DNA of 64,000 nt from an uncultured delta proteobacterium (GTDB lineage Bacteria; Myxococcota_A; Polyangia; Fen-1088), in NCBI GenBank assembly GCA_963767925.1, contig CAVYGB010000010.1, forward strand, positions 1,664,001 through 1,728,000, given 5' to 3'. Made by a program: the position numbers and the translations under genes. Shown here one piece after another: positions 33,367 through 46,170 of the stretch. The notes under the pieces were generated by a model. The model searched no databases, was not told where the DNA came from, and was given only the letters and a program-made list of their open reading frames with translations. How positions within the stretch are numbered: position 1 is the stretch's first letter; the number at the start of each line of letters is the position of its first letter.

Positions 33367-34745
33367 GTCGAGGCCTTCTTCTTGGTCTCGCCCTTGGCCG
33401 GCGGCTTGTCCGCGCGCTCCTCTGACTCGGCCGCCGGATCGGCGCCCAGCGCCTGCAGCGGCGACAGGCCGAACATGCGGTGGGCGGCCTCCACCAGGTT
33501 GACCCCGTCGCTGTCGCTGGCGTCCTTCTTTATCGCCACGCAAGGAGCATGCAACACCTTGGCGGCGATGGCGTCGGCCAGCGCCCGCAGCGACCGGGCC
33601 AGGCGCTCGTCGCCCGCCACCACGCCGGCCAGCGCCCGCTCCAGCTCGCCCTTGGCGATGGCCTCCACCCGCGCGCGCAGCGCCGCGATGGTGGGACCGG
33701 CCGCCCGACCGCGATCGCTGGCGATGAAGCGGCCCAGCTCCTCCTCGACCATGGCCTCGGCCCGGTCGCCCTCCTGGCGGCGATCCTCCAGGTTGTCGGC
33801 CACCACCTTCTGCAGGTCGTCGATGTCGAACAGGTAGACGTCGTCCAGCTCGGCCACCGACGGCTCGATGTCGCGCGGGACGGCGATGTCGATGAGGACG
33901 AGCTGGCGGTTGCGCCGCGTGCGCTGCAGGTCCTTCAGCAGCCGCTTGTGCAGGATCGGCTCGCGCGCCCCGGTCGAGCTGATCACGATGTCCGAGCGGA
34001 CCACCGCCCCCGCGAGGTCCTCCCAGGGCTCGACCGTGGCGGACAGCCGCTGGGCCAGCTCCTGGGCCCGGGCGGGCGTCCGGTTCGTGACGGCCAGGGT
34101 GGCGCCCTCGCGAGCGAGCACCCGGGCGGCCAGGTCGGCCATCTTGCCCGCCCCGATCACCAGCACCCGGCGCCCGGCGAAGCCGCCCCACACCTTGCGC
34201 GCCAGATCGACCGCCACCGAGCTGACCGAGACCCGCTGGGTGGCCATGCCGGTGTCGCGCCGGACCTTGCGGGCCGCCCGGAAGGCCCGCGGAAACACCG
34301 ACCCCAGCACCGGCCCGGCCGCGCCCACCCGGGCGGCCAGCTCGTAGGCCTCCTTGACCTGCCCGAGGATCTGGGGCTCGCCGATCACCAGCGAGTCGAG
34401 CGAGGCCGAGACCCGGAACAGGTGGTGCAAGGCCTCGCGGCGCACCCGGGTGTAGACGTGTTTGCCGAGGATGACGGCCGGGTCGGGGTCACCGTCCTGG
34501 TGCCGTCCGGCCTCCAGCTGCTCGGTCAGGAGCGCCCGCACGTTCGCCACCCCCTCGTCGCAGTCGGAGAAGGCCCCGTAGATCTCGACCCGGTTGCAGG
34601 TGGAGACGATCACCACCTCGCGCACGCCCGGCAGGCCCGCTACCCGCTTGAGGGTGTTTTCGATCTCGCCCGGCACGATGGCCAGGCGCTCGCGCACGGA
34701 CACCGGCGCCGTCCGGTGGGAGAGCCCTATGACGAACAGCTCCAT
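33363..34745 (-). CDS. hemA: Glutamyl-tRNA reductase
   Basis: GLSHRTAPVSVRE, STCNRVE, LDSLVIGEPQILGQVK, VIGAGKMA, DIAVPRDI. Confidence 0.97.
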   Translation of the reverse strand: MELFVIGLSHRTAPVSVRERLAIVPGEIENTLKRVAGLPGVREVVIVSTCNRVEIYGAFSDCDEGVANVRALLTEQLEAGRHQDGDPDPAVILGKHVYTRVRREALHHLFRVSASLDSLVIGEPQILGQVKEAYELAARVGAAGPVLGSVFPRAFRAARKVRRDTGMATQRVSVSSVAVDLARKVWGGFAGRRVLVIGAGKMADLAARVLAREGATLAVTNRTPARAQELAQRLSATVEPWEDLAGAVVRSDIVISSTGAREPILHKRLLKDLQRTRRNRQLVLIDIAVPRDIEPSVAELDDVYLFDIDDLQKVVADNLEDRRQEGDRAEAMVEEELGRFIASDRGRAAGPTIAALRARVEAIAKGELERALAGVVAGDERLARSLRALADAIAAKVLHAPCVAIKKDASDSDGVNLVEAAHRMFGLSPLQALGADPAAESEERADKPPAKGETKKKAST

Positions 34746-34757
34746 GGTCGGGCTCGT

Positions 34758-35588
34758 TCAGGCGGTGTGCCGGAGGAAGTACCCCACCAGGACCAGCGCC
34801 GCCACCGAGAAGCCGCCCACCGTCAACCAGGCCGCGCGCCGCCCCCGCCACCCGGTGGCCAGGCGGGCCAGCAGCAGGCCGCCGAGGACCGCCCAGGCGA
34901 TCACGGTCAGCAGGTATTCGGGCCGCACCGCCGTCCCCGAGCGCAGCAGCCCCAGCTTGGCGATCCAGGCCGCGCCGGTGACGATGGTGAGGGTGAAGAC
35001 CGGAAAGCCGAAAGAGACACAGGCGCCGGCCAGCCGGTCGAGCGTGTCGAGGGGGGCGGCGTCGACCTTGAGGTCGAAGCGCTTGCGCTTGAGCCGCCGC
35101 TCCTGCAGGAGGTATACGACCGCCAGCACCGCGGCCAGGGCGAAGGTGGCGACGCCCACGGTGGCGAGCAGGATGTGGACGGTGGCGAGCGGCGAGCCCA
35201 GCGGGGGCTGCGGCTGCTCGTCGGGGCCGATGCGGGCCAGCAGCAGCAGCACCAGCACCACCGGGACGGCGAAGGCCCCCGCGGCGTGCAGGCGATAGCG
35301 GAAGGTGGCCACCAGGAAGCCAGTGGCGATCAGCCAGGCGATGAAGGCCATGGCCTCGCCAATCGACGCCAGGGGGTGCTGCAGGCGGAAGCAGCGGATG
35401 CCAATGTCGATGAGCTGAAGGGCCCAGGCCGCCGCCAGGAAGTAGCGGGCCGCCCGGGCCGAGGCCGGGCCCAGCCCCACGTGCGGGCGCTTCTGCCCGG
35501 GCGCACGCTGCTGGTGAAACAGGAACGCCAGGTACAGGACCGCCGCCAGGCCGTACAGAACGAGCGAAGAGAGGACCAGCGGCTCCAC
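34758..35588 (-). CDS. ccsA: Cytochrome c biogenesis CcsA-family membrane protein
   Basis: Multi-TM; H..LA, YLLQERRLKRK, PLDTLDRL, GFP..TLTIVTGAAW, GWRGRRAA; directly upstream of hemA. Confidence 0.82.
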   Translation of the reverse strand: MEPLVLSSLVLYGLAAVLYLAFLFHQQRAPGQKRPHVGLGPASARAARYFLAAAWALQLIDIGIRCFRLQHPLASIGEAMAFIAWLIATGFLVATFRYRLHAAGAFAVPVVLVLLLLARIGPDEQPQPPLGSPLATVHILLATVGVATFALAAVLAVVYLLQERRLKRKRFDLKVDAAPLDTLDRLAGACVSFGFPVFTLTIVTGAAWIAKLGLLRSGTAVRPEYLLTVIAWAVLGGLLLARLATGWRGRRAAWLTVGGFSVAALVLVGYFLRHTA

Positions 35589-35594
35589 GGGTTC

Positions 35595-35951
35595 CTAGTG
35601 TGCTCCTGCGGTCCGCAGGGCGGCCAGGGCGCGGCTGCCCCCCTCGGGCAGCTCGCCCACCGGGATGGCCAGGAAACCGGGCTCGACGTCGTAGGCCGCG
35701 TCGTCGAACAGGACCGACGTCATGTAGGCCTCGGCCCCCAGGGCGTTCATGGCGTCCTCGCCCTTGACCTTGCCGACCAGGTTCCGCCGGTCGTCACCGC
35801 CACCTGCCACCTTGCGAAAGAGGGAGGCGGCCTGCAGGCGGAACGTGCCCGAGCCGTCGCGCAGAGCGAGGATCTCGCCCCGTAGCTCGACCTTTTCCGA
35901 GGATACCCATGCGTCGATGGCCGATTGCGAAATGAAAAGCTTGCCCGCCAT
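35595..35951 (-). CDS. Hypothetical protein (118 aa)
   Basis: Compact ORF with genome-like codon usage and GGGGAAGG SD; first gene of the ccsA-hemA-hemC run. Confidence 0.75.
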   Translation of the reverse strand: MAGKLFISQSAIDAWVSSEKVELRGEILALRDGSGTFRLQAASLFRKVAGGGDDRRNLVGKVKGEDAMNALGAEAYMTSVLFDDAAYDVEPGFLAIPVGELPEGGSRALAALRTAGAH

Positions 35952-36217
35952 ATTTTATTCCTTCCCCGAACTCCCCTCCCGGACCCCGCCGGCGCGAAGC
36001 GCCGCTCAGATTCGGCTGCGAAGTGCAAAAGTTAGCACAAAGGCCCGGCCACCGACGATCGCCAAAACCCGGCCTGGCAGGCCAGAAACGTAACCGTTGC
36101 CCCCAGGCGGTATCCAAGTCATTACTCGCCCTCGTACCGCCGGGCCTGCTGGCCTGGTGGCGCGTCCCGCGGGGGTCCGAGAGGCCCTTTGGGTCTCTTT
36201 CACAACAGGAGCAGGAA

Positions 36218-36547
36218 ATGGCCAGCCCGAACGTCATCGAGGTGACCGATAGCAACTTCAGCACGGAGATCCTGCAGTCTCCCCTCCCCGTGCTCGTCGA
36301 CTTCTGGGCGGTCTGGTGCGCGCCCTGCCGGGCCATCGCGCCCCACGTCGAGGCCCTGGCCAACGATTACGTCGGCAAGCTCCGGGTCGCCAAGCTCGAC
36401 ATCGACGCCAACCCGGAGATCCCCACCCAGTTCGAGGTGCGCAGCATCCCCACCCTGCTCGTCTTCAAGGAGGGCAAGGTGGTCGGCCAGATCGTCGGTG
36501 CGGTCCCCAAGGCCAAGCTCGAGGAGCTGATCAAGAAGGCGCTCTGA
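36218..36547 (+). CDS. trxA: Thioredoxin
   Basis: VLVDFWAVWCAPCR, VRSIPTLLVFK, VGAVPK. Confidence 0.96.
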   Translation: MASPNVIEVTDSNFSTEILQSPLPVLVDFWAVWCAPCRAIAPHVEALANDYVGKLRVAKLDIDANPEIPTQFEVRSIPTLLVFKEGKVVGQIVGAVPKAKLEELIKKAL

Positions 36548-36597
36548 GCGCGCTCTGACCGAACAACGTCCGCCGGCGGCGCCGTCGCCTTCGCCGT

Positions 36598-37935
36598 TCA
36601 GCCGCGCACGAGCCAGGCGGCGAAGGCGGCCCCCACCACCAGGGCGCCGACCAGCACCCCGATGATCACCGGCCGTGAGAAGCGGCGCATGCCCGACGCT
36701 TCGATCAGGCCTTCGATCTCCTCGGGCGGCGTGGGGTGATAGATCGGCTCGCTGGCGGCCGCCCGCGGGCTGGTCAGGGCGGCGCTCGGGATCGGAGGGG
36801 CGGCGCCCCGGCGGCCGGAGTACTCCGAGTCCTGAGCCCAGTTGCGGGTGTCGACGTATTCCCCGGTCGGGGTGGGCGGGAGCTGCGAGAGCGGGGCCGC
36901 CTGGGGCCGCTCCTCGGCGTTGTCCTGGAAGTCGACCGAGGTGAAGCTCTGGATCTCGTCCTGCAGGAGGGTGTCGATGATGTTGGTGCGCGGCTTGCGC
37001 GTGAGGCCCACAACCGCCGTCTGATCCTCGAGACAGCCGCGCACCAGCTCGGCGATGTCCCGCTGGATCATCTTGAGGCCGCGCGAGAACAGGTACTGGG
37101 CCAGGGCGTCCTGCAGGTCGGTGGCCGACTGGAAGCGATCGTCGGGCCGGCGGGCCAGCGACTTGCGCGCGATCTCCTCCAGCTCCGGCTCGACCTCCGG
37201 GTTCTGGGTGCCGATCGGCGGGATGCGCGAGGCGCGCACCAGCTCGACCGTCTGGTAGTCCGACTCTCCGTAAAAGAGGCGCTTTCCGGTCAACATCTCG
37301 TAGAGCAAGATGCCCACCGCGAAGATGTCGGCCCGGCGGTCCACCTCCTCGCCCCGCGCCGCCTCCGGCGAGAGGTAGCTCATCTTGCCCTTCACCACGC
37401 CGGGGTCGGTGGTCTCGACCTGGACGGCCGCCTTGGCCAGCCCGAAGTCGGTCACCTCGACCTCGCCGTTGCGCGAGAGCAGGACGTTGGGGGGCGAGAC
37501 GTCGCGGTGGACGATGCCGAGCGGGCGTCCCGTCTCGGGATGAATGGCCTCGTGGGCGTAGGCCAGGCCCTTGCAGACCTCCATGATGATGTAGACGGTC
37601 TGGCCGATGGTCAGCAGCCGGGAGATGCGGCGCCGCCACTCGAGGAGCTGCTTGAGGTCGACGCCGTCGACGAACTCCATGACGATGAAGTACGTCTCGT
37701 CGGCGTGGCCGATGTCGAACACCTGGACGATGTTGGCGTGCTGGAGGTGCAGCGACAGCCGCGCCTCGTCCAGGAACATGGCGACGAACTTCTTGTTCTT
37801 CGTCAGCGCCGGCAGAACGCGCTTGATCGCAACGTTCTTGCGGAAGCCCTGGATCGACTCGGCGACCCCCTTGAAGACCTCCGCCATCCCGCCCGCGGCG
37901 ATCCGTTCGGTTATTCGATAGCGGCTATCGGACAT
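36598..37935 (-). CDS. Serine/threonine protein kinase with C-terminal TM anchor
   Basis: GGMAEVF, VAIKR, HRDVSPPNVL, DFGLAK, GKMSYLSPE, DIFAVG. Confidence 0.95.
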   Translation of the reverse strand: MSDSRYRITERIAAGGMAEVFKGVAESIQGFRKNVAIKRVLPALTKNKKFVAMFLDEARLSLHLQHANIVQVFDIGHADETYFIVMEFVDGVDLKQLLEWRRRISRLLTIGQTVYIIMEVCKGLAYAHEAIHPETGRPLGIVHRDVSPPNVLLSRNGEVEVTDFGLAKAAVQVETTDPGVVKGKMSYLSPEAARGEEVDRRADIFAVGILLYEMLTGKRLFYGESDYQTVELVRASRIPPIGTQNPEVEPELEEIARKSLARRPDDRFQSATDLQDALAQYLFSRGLKMIQRDIAELVRGCLEDQTAVVGLTRKPRTNIIDTLLQDEIQSFTSVDFQDNAEERPQAAPLSQLPPTPTGEYVDTRNWAQDSEYSGRRGAAPPIPSAALTSPRAAASEPIYHPTPPEEIEGLIEASGMRRFSRPVIIGVLVGALVVGAAFAAWLVRG

Positions 37936-38128
37936 ACCTGACAGGCTCGGGCTTTACACCTGCGCCCACTATATCAGAGGGAACAGCGTCGTCAGGCACA
38001 ATTGACGCGGAGGACATTGTGTGGAGATCCCCCAGATGGGTCCCCATCACCGCCACCCCCCCGACCACCCGAATGTACTCCTCGCGGACTCGTGAGCGTC
38101 CCGATCGGTCGCCGCGCGAGCCCTGGCG

Positions 38129-38593
38129 TCAGTCCTCGAGCGCGCCGACGCCCGAGATGGGGCGTTCGCCGTCGCCCGACATCTCGTCGCCGCTGGCTTC
38201 TTCGTCGGAGAAGCCGCCCCGCCCGGCCTGGGCGATGGCTGCCTCTTCCTTCTCGCTCTGCTCCTTGCACTCGATGCACAGGGTGGTCACCGGCCGGGCC
38301 AGCAGGCGGCGGAAGGAGATGAACTCGCCGCACTCCTCGCAGACGTCGATGCCGCCGTTTTCCAGGCGGGCGAGCTGCTTGTTTATCTTGCCGAGCAGGA
38401 ACTTCTCCCGGTCGTGGAGCCGCATCTCGGTCGAGAACAGCTCTTCCTCCATCGATTCGTCGATGGAGTCGCGGCCGATGTTCCGCTCGTGGTTCATCGA
38501 GTAGTTGAGCGCGTTCTGGCTGGTACGCTGCAGCCGCTGGCGGGCCTGCTCGAGAACTTTGCGGATCTGGGACTTCTCGGTCTCGGTCAACAT
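38129..38593 (-). CDS. dksA: DksA/TraR C4-type zinc finger protein
   Basis: Coiled coil with RDSIDES, DREKFLLGKI, CEECG...RL.ARP...LCIECK. Confidence 0.85.
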   Translation of the reverse strand: MLTETEKSQIRKVLEQARQRLQRTSQNALNYSMNHERNIGRDSIDESMEEELFSTEMRLHDREKFLLGKINKQLARLENGGIDVCEECGEFISFRRLLARPVTTLCIECKEQSEKEEAAIAQAGRGGFSDEEASGDEMSGDGERPISGVGALED

Positions 38594-38711
38594 GGATCCC
38601 TCGAAGGCGGTTCTAAGTAGAGGTCGTCAGGGTCAGCCACAAGTTTAGAAGAAGTCGACAGGCGGGTGGCCCTTTTCCGATCTGTCGCCAGCAGGGCGGG
38701 TTCGCCAGCTA

Positions 38712-39918
38712 CTAGGAAGCCTTCTTCTCTCGTACGAGCTGCGGCCGTCCGCGCGACACCACGACATCCTTCGTGACTACGCATTCGGACACGCCGGTCA
38801 GAGAGGGGATCTCATACATCACATCGAGCATCACTTCCTCAAGAATCGCCCGCAGACCGCGCGCACCCGACTTCCGACGAGCAGCCTCCTCGGCAACGCT
38901 TCGCAAGGCATCCTCTGTGAAGCGCAGCTTGACCCCCTCCATCGCCAGCAGCTTCTCGTACTGCTTGACCAGGGCGTTCTTCGGGTCTCCACAAGATGTT
39001 CACCAGATCGTCCACGTCAAGCTCGTCGGCCGAAACGATGATGGGCAAGTCGGCCCATGAACTCGGGGATCATCCCGTACTTGATGAGATCTTCGGTCCG
39101 GGACATGCGAGCGAAGGGCGTTCTTGTCCTCCTCGCGCCTTGCTCATGGCGGCCCCGAAGCCGAGCCCGCGCGCGCCGACGCGGCGCCGCACGATCTCCT
39201 CCAGCCCGTTGAAGGCCCCCGTGCACACGAACAGGATGTCGGTGGTGTCGACCTGGATCAGCTCCTGCTGCGGGCGGTTGCGGGCGCCGTCGGGAGTGAT
39301 CGAGGCCTGCTTGCCCTCGAGGATCTTCAGCAGCGCCTGCTGCACGCCCTCGCCCGAGACGTCGCGGGTCACCGAGGGGCCCCCGCCCTTGCGGGCGATC
39401 TTGTCGATCTCGTCGATGCAGACGATGCCGCGCGCGGCCTTGTCGGCGTCGTTGCCGGCGTTGCGGTAGAGCGCCTTGATCACGCTGTCGACGTCTTCGC
39501 CGACGTAGCCGGCCTCGGTCAGCGTGGTGGCGTCGGCGATCGCGAAGGGGACGTCGAGCTTGCGAGCGAGCGTCTGCACCAGCAAGGTCTTGCCGCAGCC
39601 GGTGGGGCCCAGCAGCAGGATGTTCCCCTTCTGGATCTCGACGTCGTTCTTGCCGTGCTGGCCGATCCGCTTGTAGTGATTGTAGACGGCGACCGCGAGC
39701 GCCTTCTTGGCGCTGTCCTGACCGACGACGTATTTGTGGAGCTCGTCGTAGATCTCTTTCGGGCGCGGGTAGCGGGGACGTTCGGCCGCTTCCTCCTTGG
39801 CGAGGATGTCGTTGCAGAGCGCGACGCACTCGTCACAGATGAAGACGCGCGGGCCTGAGATGAGCTTTCGCACCTCGCGGCGTCGCTTTCCGCAGAACGA
39901 ACAGTGGAAATCGTCCAT
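38712..39918 (-). CDS. clpX: ATP-dependent Clp protease ATP-binding subunit ClpX (about 3 apparent frameshifts at 38980-39120)
   Basis: CSFCGK..LISGP..ICDECV..C zinc finger, [46 protein letters not shown] loop, [10 protein letters not shown]. Confidence 0.93.
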
Positions 39919-40219
39919 CTCGACAGAGTATTGCATCGGCCCCCACCTAAGCCAAGCGTGAGATGGCGTCCCACCTGGGGGGATGGTGCTCCGACGTCTC
40001 GGCCGCTCGGGGTGGAGCCCCTGGAGGGACCTGCTTTTTCCTTCTGGGTCCGCGGAGGTTGCCGGTTCTGGCAGCTCGCCTCGGAGGTGTGCGCTCGCCT
40101 TTCATCGCCACTGTGGGTCCGGGCAGCGCCGCTGTCGATGCCGGCGCAAGGGCCCGAGGCCCGGCCCGGCAGCGAGGCCGCCGGCCACCTGTTATGATGC
40201 AGCCCGCCTCTTGACTTTC

Positions 40220-41224
40220 ATGCCCCCCGCTGGCGATTCCCCGGCCTCCCTGGCCATCTCGCTCGGCGATCCCGCCGGGATCGGCCCCGAAGTCGTGGTG
40301 CGTGCGCTGGCCGCACGCCGCGACTTTCGCGGTGTCATCTTCGGTGACAGCGGCGTCATCGAGCGGGCCGCCGCCGCGGCCGGCGTGGCGCCGCCTCGAC
40401 CCGAAACGATTCGCGCCATCACCCGGCTGCGGCCGGACGAGGTGACGCCGGGCCGCCCCGACGCGCGCTCGGGACAGGCGCAGGTCGCCTACCTGCAGGC
40501 GGCCGTGCAGGCGGTCCTGCGCGGCGAGCACGCCGGCCTGGTCACGGCGCCCATCTCCAAGGAGTGGGCCGGGCGGGCTGGCTTCGGATTTCCCGGACAC
40601 ACGGAGTACCTGGCCGAGGTGGCCGGCGTGACCGACTACGCCATGATGCTCGCCGGCCCCCAGCTCCGGGTGACGCTGGCGACCACCCACCTGGCGTTGC
40701 GGGAGGTCCCGGGCGCGCTGTCGGTGGGCGCCATCGCCTCGGCGATCCGACTCAGCGCCCGTTCGTTGCGCGAAGGTTTCGGGATCGGCGTGCCGCGCGT
40801 CGCGGTCGCCGGTCTCAATCCGCACGCGGGCGAGGCCGGGCGCTTCGGCGACGAGGAGGAGCGCCTGGTGAGACCGGCCATCGCCGAGGCGCGGGCCACC
40901 CTGGCCCGCGAGGGCATCGCCGCCGAGGTCTCGGGGCCCCACGTGCCCGACGTTGTCTTCCGTCAGGCGGCGGGGGGCGCCTTCGATGTGGTGGTGGCGC
41001 TCTACCACGACCAGGGGCTCATCCCGGTCAAGCTGCTCCACTTCGACGAGGCGGTGAACGTCACCCTCGGTCTGCCCTTCGTGCGGACCTCACCGGATCA
41101 CGGCACCGCCTACGACATCGCGGGCAGCGGGCGCGCCCGGCCCGACAGCTTCCTGGCCGCCCTCGACCTGGCGACCGCGCTGGTGAGCCGGCGCCACCCG
41201 GCGCCCGCGGGCCCTGCCCGCTGA
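40220..41224 (+). CDS. pdxA: 4-hydroxythreonine-4-phosphate dehydrogenase
   Basis: GDPAGIGPE, TAPISK, FPGHTEYL, GLNPHAGE, YHDQGLIPVK, GLPFVRTSPDHGTAYDIAG. Confidence 0.96.
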   Translation: MPPAGDSPASLAISLGDPAGIGPEVVVRALAARRDFRGVIFGDSGVIERAAAAAGVAPPRPETIRAITRLRPDEVTPGRPDARSGQAQVAYLQAAVQAVLRGEHAGLVTAPISKEWAGRAGFGFPGHTEYLAEVAGVTDYAMMLAGPQLRVTLATTHLALREVPGALSVGAIASAIRLSARSLREGFGIGVPRVAVAGLNPHAGEAGRFGDEEERLVRPAIAEARATLAREGIAAEVSGPHVPDVVFRQAAGGAFDVVVALYHDQGLIPVKLLHFDEAVNVTLGLPFVRTSPDHGTAYDIAGSGRARPDSFLAALDLATALVSRRHPAPAGPAR

Positions 41225-41470
41225 TCGCCGGCAAGCTGGAGCCAACCGGTCCCCCCCGACCCGAACTTCACCTTTTTGCACGGCTGGACGGGCTTTACCG
41301 GCCGCCGAGACCTATGACTTCCCAGGGCCCGGGTGCTCACCGGGGGAGCGGGCTCGACCAGGGCGGCCAGGCGCCCTCTTTTCCGCCTCCCGGGTTAAAC
41401 TCAGACGGCGCCGCGGCGGTCGGTTCAGCGCCGGACGCGTTCTGCCGTAAACAAACTTCGAGGGTGCGGT

Positions 41471-43294
41471 ATGTGCGGCATAGTTGGTTACGTCGGTGAT
41501 AAGCAAGCCACTCCCATTCTGATCGGCGGGCTCCGCCGGCTCGAATATCGGGGGTACGACTCGGCCGGAGTGGCCGTCTCGAACGGCCACGGGGCCAAGG
41601 TGGTCCGCTGTCGGGGCAAGCTCTCGGCGCTCGAGAAGCTGCTCGAGACGGAAAAGCCGGACGGCACGGTGGGTATCGGGCACACGCGCTGGGCGACCCA
41701 CGGGCGCCCCTCGGACGAGAACGCCCACCCCCACAAGGTCGGGCCGGTCTCGGTGGTCCACAACGGGATCATCGAGAACCACGTCGGGCTGCGGGTGCGC
41801 CTCAAGGCCACCGGCCGGGTCTTCACCTCGGAGACCGACACCGAGATCGCCGCCCACCTCATCGACGAGGCCCTCAAGGCCGGGGCGGGCAGCCTGCTCG
41901 AGGCGGTCCGCAAGGCGCTCCGCCAGGTCGAGGGGGCCTACGCGCTGGTGGTCCTCTCGGACGATCACCCGGACCGGGTCGTGGCGGCCAAGAACGCCTC
42001 CCCGATGGTGGTGGGCCTGGGCCAGGGCGAGATGTTCCTGGCCTCCGACGTGCCCGCCCTGCTCGAGCACACCCGGGAGGTGATGTTCCTCGAGGACGGG
42101 GACATCGCCGAGCTGACCCGGGAGGGGATCTCGGTGAGCGACGTCGAGGGACGCAAGCTCAGCCGCGCGGCCAAGACGATAAGCTGGAACGCGGCCCAGG
42201 CGGAGAAGGCCGGCTACCCGCACTTCATGCTCAAGGAGATCCACGAGCAGCCGCGGGCGGTGACCGATACGCTGCGCGGGCGGCTGCTGCCCGACAAGAA
42301 CGACGCGATCCTCGACGGGTTCGACGCCGGTTCGGACGTGCGCCGGGTGGTGCTGCTGGCCTGCGGGACCTCGTACCACGCCGGCCTGGTCGGCAAGTTC
42401 CTGATCGAGGCGGCGGCCCGCATCCCCTGCGAGGTCGATCTGGCCAGCGAGTTCCGCTACCGCGAGCCGGTGATCGAGCCGGGTGATCTCGTGGTGGGGA
42501 TCTCCCAGAGCGGGGAGACGGCCGACACGCTGGCCGCCATCAAGGAGGCCAAGTCCCGGGGCGCCCGCACGCTGGCGATCTGCAACGTCGTCGACTCGGC
42601 GATCGCGCGGGCCTGCGACGGGGCGCTGTACACCCACGCCGGGCCGGAGATCGGGGTGGCCTCCACCAAGTGCTTCACGGCCCAGCTCGCGGCGCTGGCG
42701 CTGCTGGCGATCCACCTCGGGCGGCGCTCGGGGCACCTGACCGACGCGCCGGCGGCCGAGCTGATCTGCGAGCTGATGCTGCTGCCGCAGAAGATGGCCT
42801 ACACGCTTTCGCACATGATGGGCCCGGTCAAGGCGATCGCCCAGGAGTTCAAGGGGGCCAAGGACTTCCTCTATCTGGGGCGCGGGACCAACTACCCCAT
42901 CGCCCTCGAGGGGGCCCTCAAGCTCAAGGAGATCTCCTACATCCACGCCGAGGGCTACGCTGCCGGCGAGATGAAACACGGCCCCATCGCCCTCATCGAC
43001 GACGGCATCCCGGTGGTGGTGATCGCGCCCCGGGGCAAGGGCTACGACAAGGTGCTGTCGAACCTGGCCGAGGTGCGCGCCCGCGACGGCGCGGTCATCG
43101 CGGTGGCCACCATCGGGGACAAGACCATCGCCGAGCAGTGCCGGATGGTGGTCTGGGTGCCCGACTGCCCCAGCCTGTTTCAACCGCTGCTGACGGTGCT
43201 GCCGCTGCAGCTCCTGGCCTACGAGGTCGCGCTCGCCCGCGGCAACGACGTGGACCAGCCCCGCAACCTCGCCAAGAGCGTCACGGTCGAGTAG
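41471..43294 (+). CDS. glmS: Glutamine-fructose-6-phosphate transaminase
   Basis: MCGIVG, LEYRGYDSAG, GHTRWATHG, SQSGETADT, LKEISYIHAEG, DQPRNLAKSVTVE. Confidence 0.98.
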   Translation: MCGIVGYVGDKQATPILIGGLRRLEYRGYDSAGVAVSNGHGAKVVRCRGKLSALEKLLETEKPDGTVGIGHTRWATHGRPSDENAHPHKVGPVSVVHNGIIENHVGLRVRLKATGRVFTSETDTEIAAHLIDEALKAGAGSLLEAVRKALRQVEGAYALVVLSDDHPDRVVAAKNASPMVVGLGQGEMFLASDVPALLEHTREVMFLEDGDIAELTREGISVSDVEGRKLSRAAKTISWNAAQAEKAGYPHFMLKEIHEQPRAVTDTLRGRLLPDKNDAILDGFDAGSDVRRVVLLACGTSYHAGLVGKFLIEAAARIPCEVDLASEFRYREPVIEPGDLVVGISQSGETADTLAAIKEAKSRGARTLAICNVVDSAIARACDGALYTHAGPEIGVASTKCFTAQLAALALLAIHLGRRSGHLTDAPAAELICELMLLPQKMAYTLSHMMGPVKAIAQEFKGAKDFLYLGRGTNYPIALEGALKLKEISYIHAEGYAAGEMKHGPIALIDDGIPVVVIAPRGKGYDKVLSNLAEVRARDGAVIAVATIGDKTIAEQCRMVVWVPDCPSLFQPLLTVLPLQLLAYEVALARGNDVDQPRNLAKSVTVE

Positions 43295-43588
43295 CCCCCC
43301 CGCGTCCCGTTCCGGCCACGTGGCGCCCTCTCCAGGGTGCCGCCCTGGCCGAATAGCGCCCTGTGGGCCGATCGCGCGAAGAAAGCCGGTTCCCCGCCTG
43401 CCCGCTGCCTGTTCGCCCTCGCCCGGCGTAGCGGGTCGAAAGTTGGGGTGAGGGGTCTGCCCGGTTTCGCCCTGGAATGGTTCGTTCCTGGAGGCACCTG
43501 GGGAGTCGTGTTATAGGTGGGGTCCTTTTCGGGCACTTCCGAGAGGGATCCCGAACCGACCCCACAACTTCACCAGGAAAAACGCGAC

Positions 43589-45394
<1,806 letters not shown>

Positions 45395-45575
45395 CCCTCT
45401 CCCCGGCGGGGGTGGTAGGGGGAGATCTTCGGGAAAGTGACGTGGGTCTCCGGCAGGCGGAGCCCGCCTCCGAACGCGGAAAGTGAAAATTGGTTTTGTT
45501 CACGCGACTCGGTCGCTGAAGAAAAATCATCAGGACGGAAGAGACAGCGGACAGTTGACGGAAGACGGAAAGAAC

Positions 45576-46124
45576 ATGAGCGCTCTGAGCACGACTCCTT
45601 TGGCTTTGACTCCGGCCCGGCTGGAGAGCCTGCCGTTGCACACTCTTTCGGTGCTGGTGCGGAACCAGCCGGGCGTGCTGGTGCGGGTGTCGCTGGTATT
45701 CGCCCGGCGGGGGTACAACATCGAGAGCCTGGTGGTGAGCCCCGACGTCATCAACGGGGACTTCTCGCGCATGACCATCACCTGCCGGGGGGACGAGGAC
45801 TCGTTCGAGCAGATCTCGAAGCAGCTGACGAAGCTGATCGACGTCGTGCACGCCATCGACCACACCGGCCAGGCGGTGGTCGAGACCGAGATCGCCCTCG
45901 TGAAGATCAAGGCGGCCGAGCTGCAGTCCCGCACCGAGGTGCTGCAGGTCGCCGAGCACTACAAGGCCAAGGTCGTCGACTACGGCGCCGAGTCGCTCAT
46001 CTTGCGGGTCTACGGCGAGAGCGAGAAGCTCGACAGCTTCGTGGCCCTGCTGCGACCCTTCGGCGTCGTCGAGCTGGTCCGCTCGGGCAAGATCCTCATG
46101 GCCCGCGGGCCCGAGACCACCTGA
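45576..46124 (+). CDS. ilvN: Acetolactate synthase small (regulatory) subunit
   Basis: HTLSVLVRNQPGVLVRV..FARRGYNIESL, SRMTI, QI.KQL.KLIDV. Confidence 0.95.
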   Translation: MSALSTTPLALTPARLESLPLHTLSVLVRNQPGVLVRVSLVFARRGYNIESLVVSPDVINGDFSRMTITCRGDEDSFEQISKQLTKLIDVVHAIDHTGQAVVETEIALVKIKAAELQSRTEVLQVAEHYKAKVVDYGAESLILRVYGESEKLDSFVALLRPFGVVELVRSGKILMARGPETT

Positions 46125-46170
46125 ACCGCGGGAAAATCGGGACGGGGGCGCGCCGGCCGCGCCCCCCTGA

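Noticed and set aside
41225..41470. glmS ribozyme (AGCGCC seen near 41427)
   Set aside because: Only ~45 nt separate it from the ATG, and the downstream conserved core of the ribozyme is not recognisable.
43300..43588. ilvB attenuator leader peptide
   Set aside because: No short Ile/Leu/Val-rich ORF with a terminator hairpin and U-tract is visible.
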